From: Leptolyngbyaceae cyanobacterium
GTDB taxonomy: Bacteria; Cyanobacteriota; Cyanobacteriia; Phormidesmidales; Phormidesmidaceae
Assembly (NCBI GenBank): GCA_050331235.1
Contig: JBHJHA010000090.1
Coordinates: 1-30,734, forward strand
Direction: 5' to 3'
Length of the DNA stretch: 30,734 nucleotides
The position numbers and the translations under genes were made by a program. Below the pieces are notes generated by a model. That model had not been told where the DNA came from, did not search any database, and saw nothing but the letters and a program-made list of their open reading frames with translations. Shown piece after piece: positions 10,189-19,109 of the stretch (its first letter is position 1; each line of letters starts with the position of its first letter).

Positions 10189-11679
10189 ATGATAAGGCTC
10201 AATATCCATTCGAAACTAAAGGATTTACGCCTGCACCACCTTGGCATCCGACCCGATACCCTCGGCAGCGAAATTTACCAGGTGTTTGCTGAAAATGCAG
10301 TCTTACCTGGCGTGGTAATGCTGTCGCAAGATATCACCTTCATAGGGGTTATTTCTCGCAGACGGTTTTTAGAAACGATCAGCCGTCCCTATGGTCGAGA
10401 ACTGTTTTTGCGCCGACCGATCGCAACGCTGCACCAGTTCACCTTCCACGATGCCCTCAAACTACCATGCTATATCTCTATTGATGAAGCAGCGCATAAA
10501 GCGATCGCTCGCGCCTCTGAAGAGTTGTATGAACCCATCGTCGTAGAATGTCCGACCCCAAAAGAGCAGCCCTATTATTTGGTGGACATGCACGACGTTT
10601 TGCAAGCTCAATTAGTGCTCCATCAGCTGACAGCTGAACTCTTACAGGAAAAGACTCGCGCCGAGCGAATTCACGTCGAAAAAATGGCCAGCCTTGGCAA
10701 AATGATGGCTAGTGTAGCCCACGAAATTCGCAACCCGGTCAACTTCATTTTGGGAAATTTGACCTATCTATCGGACTACACAGAAGACCTTTCAGCACTG
10801 GTTCGAGCCTTTCAGTCGGAGATCACAGCTCCTAGCGATCGCCTCGAAAAGCTAACCCAGCGGATTGACCCAGATTTTCTTCTGGATGACTTGCCAAACA
10901 TGATCCAAAGTATGCAAACCGGAACGGAACGGTTGCGTAATTTAGTTACGAGCCTGCGTACATTTTCTCGCGTGGACGAGGCAAAACGAGACCCCATCGA
11001 TATTCATCAAAACTTGGATAGTACGCTACAAATCCTCAATAGCCGAATCAAAGAAGGTGTCACTATTCACAAGGACTATGCTGATGACCTCCCAGAAATC
11101 TCCTGCTACGGCGGACAAATTGGGCAGGTTTTCATGAATATTATCAGCAATGCGGTTGATGCCCTGTTGGCTTATGAAGCGCAACTCCTGTCAGCCACTC
11201 CAGCGAAGCAGTCAGACCGCGGCTCGTTAATGCCAACTCCATCAGCATGGGAACCCAATATTTATCTACTGACCTGTCAGCGTGAGCAATTGCCGGCGGA
11301 TCTTCCCCAAAGATCAAAGACAGTCATCACCGGAGAGCAATCTTGGCTGTCGATTCGCATTCGTGACAATGGTCCCGGCATTCCCCTAGAGATTCAAGAT
11401 AAGGTTTTTCAAGACTTTTTTACGACTAAGTCAGCAGGTGAAGGGACCGGATTAGGGCTATCAATTACCCGCCAAATCGTCACTGAAAAACACGGGGGAC
11501 ACTTGATTTTGCGATCGCCGCTACCTGATGCTGTACCAGGCACCCCTCACCCCGGGACAGAGTTTGAAATTCTCTTGCCCATGGCAACTCCACAGCCTAT
11601 CGAGACCGAACCTGCTGAAGAACAGTTCGGCCCCAGCAATGACAGCGCCCTTGGCGAGCAGCCCCAAGGTTTGAGTTAG
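10189..11679 (+). CDS. Soluble sensor histidine kinase with N-terminal CBS-like domain
   Basis: H-box VAHEIRNP, N-box QVFMNIISNAVDA, G1 DNGPGI, F-box FFTTK and G2 GTGLGL. No TM helix. The N-terminal GVISRRRFLE segment looks CBS-like. Confidence 0.9.
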   Translation: MIRLNIHSKLKDLRLHHLGIRPDTLGSEIYQVFAENAVLPGVVMLSQDITFIGVISRRRFLETISRPYGRELFLRRPIATLHQFTFHDALKLPCYISIDEAAHKAIARASEELYEPIVVECPTPKEQPYYLVDMHDVLQAQLVLHQLTAELLQEKTRAERIHVEKMASLGKMMASVAHEIRNPVNFILGNLTYLSDYTEDLSALVRAFQSEITAPSDRLEKLTQRIDPDFLLDDLPNMIQSMQTGTERLRNLVTSLRTFSRVDEAKRDPIDIHQNLDSTLQILNSRIKEGVTIHKDYADDLPEISCYGGQIGQVFMNIISNAVDALLAYEAQLLSATPAKQSDRGSLMPTPSAWEPNIYLLTCQREQLPADLPQRSKTVITGEQSWLSIRIRDNGPGIPLEIQDKVFQDFFTTKSAGEGTGLGLSITRQIVTEKHGGHLILRSPLPDAVPGTPHPGTEFEILLPMATPQPIETEPAEEQFGPSNDSALGEQPQGLS

Positions 11680-11714
11680 CAACCACTCACCCATTGTAGC
11701 TTACTCCAAGCTAC

Positions 11715-13118
11715 TTAGGCGGCACTGATGATTTTCTTAAAAAAATCGAGTTTGTCAGCATAGGGAGCATAGCGCCAAGCCAAATCCAGCCAAAAGGGCT
11801 TTTTGAGCACACTCTTTAAGTGAGAAAAAGTTTCGAAGCTAGTCTTGCCGTGATAGGCTCCAATGCCACTATCACCAACCCCGCCAAAGGGCAGTCCCCA
11901 TATCGCCACTTGCAAAAAGACATCGTTGAGACAGGCCCCTCCCGACGAAGTCACGCTTAAAACATGTTTTTGTAATGCCCGATCGCGGCTAAACAGGTAC
12001 AACGCCAGGGGTTTAGGACGAGCATTAATTTGGGCAATCGCCTGATCTAGCTCTTGATATGTCTATACTGGCATGATAGGGCCGAAGATCTCCTCTTGCA
12101 TAATGGGGCTTTCCCAATCCACATCGGTGAGGATCGTCGGTGCAATATACCGTTCTGCTCGATCAATATCGCCACCGAGAAAAGCAGACCCAGACTTGAG
12201 CAGAACCGCTAGTCGGTCAAACTGGCGTTCGTCAACGATTCTAGCCAGATCTGGACTTTGAGCTGGCTGCTCCCCAAAAAACTCCTGGATGCGATCGCGC
12301 AACGCATCTAAGAATTCCGCCTGGATATTTTCATGGAGCAGCAAATAGTCTGGTGCAATACAGGTTTGTCCTGCGTTTACAAACTTACCCCAGGCGATGC
12401 GCTTGCTGGCCACTTCAATGTTGACATCCTGATCAACAATGCAAGGGCTTTTACCTCCTAGCTCTAAGGTGACAGGCGTTAAGTGCTTGGCCGCAGCTTC
12501 CATCACAATCTGGCCAATGCGAGTCCCGCCAGTGAAAAAGATATGGTCAAATCTTTGTGCCAGCAACCCCTGAGCAGTTGCTACTCCCCCTTCCATCACC
12601 GCCACATATTCTGGGGAAAACGTATCTTGGATCAAATCCGCGACCACCTTCGACATCGCAGGGGCAATTTCCGAAGGCTTAATCAGGGCACAGTTGCCCG
12701 CCGCGATCGCCCCAATTAGCGGAGAAATGACCAGTTGAAAAGGATAATTCCACGGCCCAATAATCAGGACTACTCCCAAAGGCTCTGGTTGTAACCAAGC
12801 CGACCCCGGCAACTGTGTCAGCGGCAATCCAACCGGTCGAGGCTGCACCCATCGTTTCAGTCGCTTGAGCACGTAATTAAGTTCATCAAGCACCCCAATC
12901 TCAAAGTAACCTTCAAAATCCGGACGACCCAAATCAGCCTTCACCGCCTTTACGATGTCACTTTGGTGAGCCAAGATTGCGGCTTTTAGCTTCTCTAGCT
13001 GAGCTAACCGAAAGTCCACCGACTGCGTTTGTCCTGTGGCGAAAAATTCCCTTTGGGCCTGTAACAGCGATGCCGCTTGAGAAGCAATCGACCGGTCAGA
13101 AGTTGAGAGAGCAGTCAT
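11715..13118 (-). pseudogene. Class-3 (fatty) aldehyde dehydrogenase interrupted by one in-frame TAG (12063-12065)
   Basis: PWNYP, FFTGG, LELGGKSP and GQTCIAPDY, then [35 protein letters not shown] continuing in frame to PFGGVGDSGIG and the stop at 11715. Start is ATG 13118 or 13145/13148. Confidence 0.88.
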
Positions 13119-13747
13119 GGAGGAAACCGATGGCGTCTTCACCATCATATAGAAACCTAACGGTGTTCGCAGTGACCACCACAATCACTTGCATCTGCTC
13201 TTTTGGCGATGTCCCGTCGACGCAACGCCGCATGAACCTAGAGATCTAAGGAATGCGGAACTCAACTGACCAAGCCAGCAGTGTGCCCATAGTGGAAAGT
13301 GCTGACATACATTGGTTCATTAGCGCATCGATGGGGCTGAGAGTCTCATAGATTATTAGCAGCTTCAAGCCTGGAACACGTCACAAAAGCACCACTCGCG
13401 CCCCCACTTCTTCCTTCGATCTAGAGTTGAATCTCTCTCTTCTATACAAAAATAAAGTGAGCATTGCCTAGAACCACGATACTTCGCTCAATCATTAATT
13501 TGGTGTATGGCAATTTTAGGGCTGTCACTCACAGAGATGGTCCATTGTTCTGAAAGGGATAACTTAATAAAGACGAGCAATCAGCTTGTACCTTCCTGAA
13601 ACAAGGAGCTTTCGGCGTTGTCCACGAAGAGATATTACACTCTTGGGCGCAAAGGTTAAGAAAGTCGAAGTGTCCTTTAATCTGGACCGGCGGAAGTTTA
13701 TCTTTGCTGATAACAGCAATTAAATATATATAAGAAGGAGTTTATTT

Positions 13748-14338
13748 GTGGCCCCTACTGGTGCACCCCTACGGATCATTCTTAAGAACACTATTACCGC
13801 TTCTATTTATTCTCATTTGAGTAACTTGAGCTGCCGGCGCTCTCTCCTTCTCGCCTTGACCGGAGGATTATTATTCTTTGGCACCACAGCGTACGCTAGT
13901 CCCAACTCGACTGTTTATCAAACTTTGCAGCCAAGATCTGAGGCGAGTTTTACCGCTTCGACCACCAGCGAAGGAGAAGTTCATTTCTATGGTTCAGCCC
14001 CAGAGCCCGGCGTTTTGGGTGCTTCCTATCTAGTGTTCACCGCTGCAGACACTGCGATTATGGGAGCTATCTTTATGCCGCAGTCTTCTTTTGATTGCTT
14101 TCAAGGACATATTCAGAGCGGACATCTTGCCCTAGAAATCACCAATAGCTATTCCCAAGAAGTGTATCCATACGAGATCGCGCGGGTAGCAGAAGAGGTG
14201 CCAGTTGCCACGATTGGAGAAGGTACCGTAGCAGTTGGGCTAGAGGGTTTCTTTGAGTTAGGTGAGGCTGGCGCTAGCGAACTCGAGTTGCTGTCAATTT
14301 GCCAAAACAGTTTTGCGCAAGACACTATTGAGTTATGA
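13748..14338 (+). CDS. Hypothetical cyanobacterial protein, probably exported
   Basis: AAGGAG RBS just upstream of the GTG. RR followed by a hydrophobic stretch and an AYA cleavage-like site, then an acidic mature part with two Cys. Confidence 0.7.
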   Translation: MAPTGAPLRIILKNTITASIYSHLSNLSCRRSLLLALTGGLLFFGTTAYASPNSTVYQTLQPRSEASFTASTTSEGEVHFYGSAPEPGVLGASYLVFTAADTAIMGAIFMPQSSFDCFQGHIQSGHLALEITNSYSQEVYPYEIARVAEEVPVATIGEGTVAVGLEGFFELGEAGASELELLSICQNSFAQDTIEL

Positions 14339-14583
14339 CCTCAAGCTACTTTTCAGGTCTTCTACCCTAACTCTCTACGATCTAGCCAACTTTAGCAAAG
14401 ACTGACATTGCCCATAGGCTTCTTAAACTCAATATCGATAGTTTGTATGGGTTCAAGGCTGTCCTGCGGGGCGATACTTGAAACAATCAGCATTCTTCAG
14501 AAGTCATTGCTTCGTTACATAGTTGACTGTCTTAGCGAGCAAGTTATCTTAGGTTGAAAAGTGCGTTTTTAGAAAGGCATAAC

Positions 14584-15021
14584 GTGAACGCAGCCGAACA
14601 AGCAATCAGTATCGAATTTACGAGCAAAATCGCTACCGTTGTTCGAATTTTTAAGCTAGAGTTTCCGGATCTGCGGGTTGATCTCAAGCCGTGGACCAGC
14701 GACCGTGATACTAGATCGCTAGTAGATCCTGATTCCGTCGACATTGGTTTGCACTTTCCTGGTGTCAGTCGATTGTTTCAGTGTCGCAGCCTGTTGTTAC
14801 AAATTCGGTTCTACGAGGATCCTGACAGCCAACTCAAGCGGCTCATCGGGATGGAGGTTGGTGGATATGACCATCGCGGCAAACGCTGGACATTTTCGAC
14901 CATTCATCAATGGTCGTTTATAGGTGATGTCGTACCTGATAAAGCAGTGGGCGATCGTCTCAAAAAATGCTGCCAACAGGTTTTTGAAGTTTTCGACAAC
15001 TCCTTAAAAGAATCAGCCTAA
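14584..15021 (+). CDS. Conserved hypothetical cyanobacterial protein
   Basis: Protein-like ORF with DLKPW, DPDSVDIGLHFPG and LLQIRF, which I recall from a cyanobacterial hypothetical family starting MNAAEQA. GTG 14584 preferred over TTG 14554. Confidence 0.7.
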   Translation: MNAAEQAISIEFTSKIATVVRIFKLEFPDLRVDLKPWTSDRDTRSLVDPDSVDIGLHFPGVSRLFQCRSLLLQIRFYEDPDSQLKRLIGMEVGGYDHRGKRWTFSTIHQWSFIGDVVPDKAVGDRLKKCCQQVFEVFDNSLKESA

Positions 15022-15120
15022 CGGCTATGCCCAAACACCAGATCGCTCCGCATCGGTCGATGCCCCAACCTTGACACTTACGCTAAGTTGTGGGAACTGG
15101 GTATGGGGTGAGCTATCAGC

Positions 15121-16362
15121 ATGAGTGCAGCAACTGGTCATAATCGGCAATACGACTTGGTCGTCTTTGGCGCTACTGGATTTGTTGGCCAACTCGTATG
15201 TCAGTATTTGAGGGCGCAGCAGCAGCAAGAGACCTTCCGCTGGGCGATCGCTGGGCGATCGCCCCAAAAATTGCAGGCCCTCGCCCAAACCCTAGGGTCA
15301 GAAAACGCCGCACTTTCCTATCTGGTAGCGGATGCCACCGATGAAGCCTCTTTGCGTGAAATGTGCGGCCAGACGCAAGTCGTAATTTCTACCGTTGGTC
15401 CCTATGCCCTCTATGGCAATGGGCTAGTCAAAATTTGTGCGGAAACGGGCACCAGCTACTGCGATTTGACCGGCGAACCCCAGTGGATTCGTCGCATGAT
15501 TGAGCAATATAGTTCGCAAGCAGCGCAATCTGGTGCCTATATAGTGCACTGTTGTGGGTTTGACTCAGTGCCCTCCGATTTGGGCGTTTATTACTTACAA
15601 CAACAGGCTCAGCAACAGTGGGGAAGGCCATGTTCCGAGGTCAAGCTGCGGCTGTTAGATGCCCGAGGCGGTGTCTCCGGAGGAACCCTTGCCAGCGGGC
15701 TCAATCTGATCAAGGAAGTGCTCGAAGATAGCAATCTGCAAAAACAGTTAGAGTCTCCCTATTTCCTGTGTCCTGATAGCCTGCAAAACCCAGCCCAGCC
15801 CCAGCCCTTGGTACCGGTACAGTTTGACTCAGATTTTCAGCAATGGGTTACGCCCTTTGTCATGGCTGCTGTTAATACGCGAGTTGTGTTGCGCTCTAAC
15901 TACTTGCAAAAATATGCCTATGGCGAGGCTTTTCAATATGAAGAAGGGATCGTCACTGCGGATGGCCCATTGGGGTGGCTAACGGCACAGGGACTCAAAT
16001 TGGGCTTAGATGCAGCGGTTGTGGCCGCCGTTATTCCCCCTTCACGTTGGTTGGTAGAAAAGTGGCTTTTACCCGCTCCGGGAGAAGGGCCAAGCCAAGA
16101 GGAGCAAGCGAGTGGGTTTTATGATTTGCGGCTGTTAGGAAAATGTTCTGAGAATCAATCTCTCACCACAAAAGTGACGGGCGATCGCGATCCGGGCTAT
16201 GGCTCCACTTCAAAAATCGTTGCCCAAGCTGGTTTGTGCCTCGCCCAGGATTTTGCCCACAAGCCTTTGCCGGGAGGATTTTGGACACCTGCCTCGCTGA
16301 TGGGAGATGCCTTGATATCGCGGTTAGAGCAGTACGCTGGCGTCACCTTCACAGCCCTGTAG
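15121..16362 (+). CDS. Saccharopine dehydrogenase-like NADP-binding oxidoreductase (trans-acting enoyl reductase family)
   Basis: FGATGFVG, AIAGRS, STVGPY..YG, YCDLTGE, CGFDSVPSDLG and DPGYGSTS motifs. Confidence 0.88.
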   Translation: MSAATGHNRQYDLVVFGATGFVGQLVCQYLRAQQQQETFRWAIAGRSPQKLQALAQTLGSENAALSYLVADATDEASLREMCGQTQVVISTVGPYALYGNGLVKICAETGTSYCDLTGEPQWIRRMIEQYSSQAAQSGAYIVHCCGFDSVPSDLGVYYLQQQAQQQWGRPCSEVKLRLLDARGGVSGGTLASGLNLIKEVLEDSNLQKQLESPYFLCPDSLQNPAQPQPLVPVQFDSDFQQWVTPFVMAAVNTRVVLRSNYLQKYAYGEAFQYEEGIVTADGPLGWLTAQGLKLGLDAAVVAAVIPPSRWLVEKWLLPAPGEGPSQEEQASGFYDLRLLGKCSENQSLTTKVTGDRDPGYGSTSKIVAQAGLCLAQDFAHKPLPGGFWTPASLMGDALISRLEQYAGVTFTAL

Positions 16363-16532
16363 GGCGTGCCCGCTGCAGAGGATACAACGGGGTGAACGCT
16401 CTCTTCAGTTGCTCACCTTCGAACTGCGTCAGCCTTAACCATATCAATATCGCTCTGCCCTTGACCTCAGCTCTGGTTATCCGCATGAGTCAAGCGAACC
16501 TTTGGGACCGGCTTCTGCAACGGTTGCGGCGA

Positions 16533-17774
16533 TCATTTACTCAAACTAGGACGACGCCCCCAAAAACCAGTCATAAACTTCAGAGCCAACACCTTACAGG
16601 GATAAATATTACGGAGCAGCCAAAGCCCTAAACGGCGCAATCTGACGATGGGCCACCAGTGATTAGAGAACATGCGATTGAGAAAATCAGTGAAGCCAAG
16701 AATCGCTAAGTTTTCTGTTTTGCGCCAACGTTCATACCGCTTTAAGACTCGCAACTCACCGATATCTTCGTTACTCAGGGCAGCCTCCGTAAGGACTTGT
16801 GCCAGCGCCGCCGCATCTCGAATGCCAAGGTTGAGCCCCTGCCCAGCAACCGGATGGCAGCGATGCGCCGCATCGCCGACCAAGGCCATACGACTACAGA
16901 CATAGCTTTTACTTTGGAATAGCTGGACCGGAAATACAAGGCGATCGCTACACAGTTGCAGGTTGCTTAAAAACCCTCCTGTGTAGTATTCCAATTCCGT
17001 CAAGAATGCTTGCTCATTAAGGTTTTGCAATGCTTTCGCTTCTGCGTGGGGGGCAGTCCACACGATGTGATACCGGTTACCCGCTAGCGGTAAGACACCC
17101 ATCGGCCCATCGGGCCAAAAGCGCTCAAACGCGATGTCATTTCTAGGGGAGTCGTGGGTAATCATGAAAGTGACACACGACTGCCAATACTTCCACCCTC
17201 GTGTCTGAATACCGCTACTCGCACGGACTGGCGATCGCGGTCCATCGGCACCAATGACCAATCGCGTCCGGAGCGATCGCGGCTGCCCATCTATCGTTAA
17301 ATGAATGGTGGCGGCAGTGTCTTCATAAATAACCTGCTCCAACCGAGCAGGGCACAGCCACTGAACGTTTGGACACTCATCTTGGATGAAACGTTGCAGC
17401 GCCGATAGCAAGACTTTGTGCTCGCCGACATATCCTAGGTATTGAGTTCCTAAATCCGACAATTTGAATTTGACTAACCGGGGATTATCAGCATCAGAAA
17501 GATAAATGTGCTGATACTTGCCGATGAACGGGAAGATATCGTCCCAGACGCCGATACCTGCAAAGATCTGACCTGATAAGGGTGAAAGTGCATACCCCCG
17601 TTCTCGGGAAGCTGCGCCGGTCAGGGTATTTGCCTCGATAAGCTGGACTGATAGGCTAGAATCACGCAGCGCTGCGGCCAGAGTCGCGCCGACAACCCCC
17701 CCCCCGACGATCGCCACATCACAGTCATAACTCGCTTCGGTAGCAGAAAGCCTTGTGGGTTGGACGTCTCTCAT
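16533..17774 (-). CDS. UbiH/UbiF/VisC/COQ6-family FAD-dependent hydroxylase
   Basis: IVGGGVVG, IGADGPRS.VR, AFERF...GP and LVGDAAHRCHPVAGQGLNLGIRDA. Start is ATG 17774 or TTG 17798. Confidence 0.9.
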   Translation of the reverse strand: MRDVQPTRLSATEASYDCDVAIVGGGVVGATLAAALRDSSLSVQLIEANTLTGAASRERGYALSPLSGQIFAGIGVWDDIFPFIGKYQHIYLSDADNPRLVKFKLSDLGTQYLGYVGEHKVLLSALQRFIQDECPNVQWLCPARLEQVIYEDTAATIHLTIDGQPRSLRTRLVIGADGPRSPVRASSGIQTRGWKYWQSCVTFMITHDSPRNDIAFERFWPDGPMGVLPLAGNRYHIVWTAPHAEAKALQNLNEQAFLTELEYYTGGFLSNLQLCSDRLVFPVQLFQSKSYVCSRMALVGDAAHRCHPVAGQGLNLGIRDAAALAQVLTEAALSNEDIGELRVLKRYERWRKTENLAILGFTDFLNRMFSNHWWPIVRLRRLGLWLLRNIYPCKVLALKFMTGFWGRRPSLSK

Positions 17775-17872
17775 GTTGAGGGTGCTGAAAAATTCCAAAT
17801 CAAGTTTGCAATTCGACTGTAACGCTAAATACCGAGTCGTGCAGCGATATCAGCAATGGCAGGATTTCAAGC

Positions 17873-17934
17873 TGCCGAGGCCCTTTTATCTGTTCTAAGT
17901 CGGTAAAGTCAACCATAAAAATGGGCCCTCGGCA
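17873..17934. terminator. Long imperfect inverted repeat (stem-loop) between the methyltransferase and the hydroxylase
   Basis: Arms TGCCGAGGCCCTTTTAT (17873-17889) and ATAAAAATGGGCCCTCGGCA (17915-17934), starting about 20 nt after the methyltransferase stop. Confidence 0.5.
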
Positions 17935-17953
17935 ATTAGCCGCGATCGCTCAT

Positions 17954-18940
17954 CTATGCCTGCACGGTTTGATTCTCGCGGGACTCGTAAGTATTGGGAA
18001 CATTGGCAACTTTGCGGGCCTTAAACATGCCAAACCGGCAAAGTCCTGCGCCAAACGCCAGTCGCATTAGCAGCATAGTCGGCACTTCGCGCAAGGACTT
18101 GATAAAGCCGCCAAACCCAAACTTGACCAAACCTTTAGGGCGGATAATTCCTTGCCAAAGGGAGTCGAGCCAGGAAGGCAGAGTTTGACGGGTCCAATCC
18201 GCCGTCATCACCTCACCCTCAACTAAACCAGTCGCTTCGAGTTGCTCTGAAAAGCCTTCGATGCTGGAGAAGGAAGGGTGAGACCACTGGTCGAGGAGCT
18301 GACGCATAACTGGCTTTTCCCAAAAATTGAGAGGCTTGCGGCGATCGTCCCGCTGGTTCCAATCAGCCACCACTAAGATGCCGCCGGGCTTGAGCACTCG
18401 GAGCATCTCAGCGCCATACTTTGCTTTATCCGGCATATGGGGCCCAGCCTCAATGGACCAAACCACATCAAAGCTATTGTCAGGAAACGACAGTGCCAAG
18501 GCATCATCGACCTGAAACTTGGAAGTCAAACCTTCAGGGGTCAACTCTCTGGCTCGGCGCACCTGTTGGGGGCTAATAGTAATGCCTGTGGTGGAAAACC
18601 CGTAGTCGCGAGCCAGAATGCGGCTACTGCCGCCGATGCCGCAGCCGACATCCAGTACCGTTGTGCCTCGGGGTAAGGTGTCTAGCCCAGCCCAGCGCAC
18701 CATTTCATGAACAAAATCGGATTTCGCCTTGAGAAAGTCTTTCTGCCGAGGGGGGGAGCCATAATGGCCCAGGTGAATATGTTCACCCCAGTAGTATTCC
18801 AAAATTCCATCCTGGGTCCACTGGTCGTAAGAATTAGCGACCGTCGAAGACGATTCATAGCTTCGGGGCGTCGCCAGATAAATTACGACACCCATAACGA
18901 GCAGCAGAACAACCAGCGCGACGACGAAATACACAACCAT
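17954..18940 (-). CDS. MPBQ/MSBQ methyltransferase (Sll0418-type, tocopherol/plastoquinone synthesis)
   Basis: N-terminal membrane anchor, VANSYDQWTQDGILEYYWGEHIHLGHYG, SAM motif VLDVGCGIGG, and WSIEAGPHMPDK. Confidence 0.88.
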   Translation of the reverse strand: MVVYFVVALVVLLLVMGVVIYLATPRSYESSSTVANSYDQWTQDGILEYYWGEHIHLGHYGSPPRQKDFLKAKSDFVHEMVRWAGLDTLPRGTTVLDVGCGIGGSSRILARDYGFSTTGITISPQQVRRARELTPEGLTSKFQVDDALALSFPDNSFDVVWSIEAGPHMPDKAKYGAEMLRVLKPGGILVVADWNQRDDRRKPLNFWEKPVMRQLLDQWSHPSFSSIEGFSEQLEATGLVEGEVMTADWTRQTLPSWLDSLWQGIIRPKGLVKFGFGGFIKSLREVPTMLLMRLAFGAGLCRFGMFKARKVANVPNTYESRENQTVQA

Positions 18941-19109
18941 TGAGAGGGATCCTTAACAATAATTAATCTCTTCTCTAATGATTGTAGATCGAGTTCGCAT
19001 CGACCGGAAGGCTTCATCCATCGTGGAGATCACAAGGTAAAGTTTATTTGCCCGTGTAGCGATTGCCGCGCCTCAGTATTCGATCTCCGCGATCGCCTAA
19101 CGCCAGCGG

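Noticed and set aside
7260..12065. Stop-codon reassignment or selenocysteine/pyrrolysine read-through
   Set aside because: The two stops differ, fall at probable Gly and Leu positions rather than Cys or Lys, and both codons terminate normal genes in this window.
13620..13700. c-di-GMP-I riboswitch suggested by GGGCGCAAAG
   Set aside because: No upstream GGCAAA-stem-GAAA tetraloop element and no matching downstream receptor stem.
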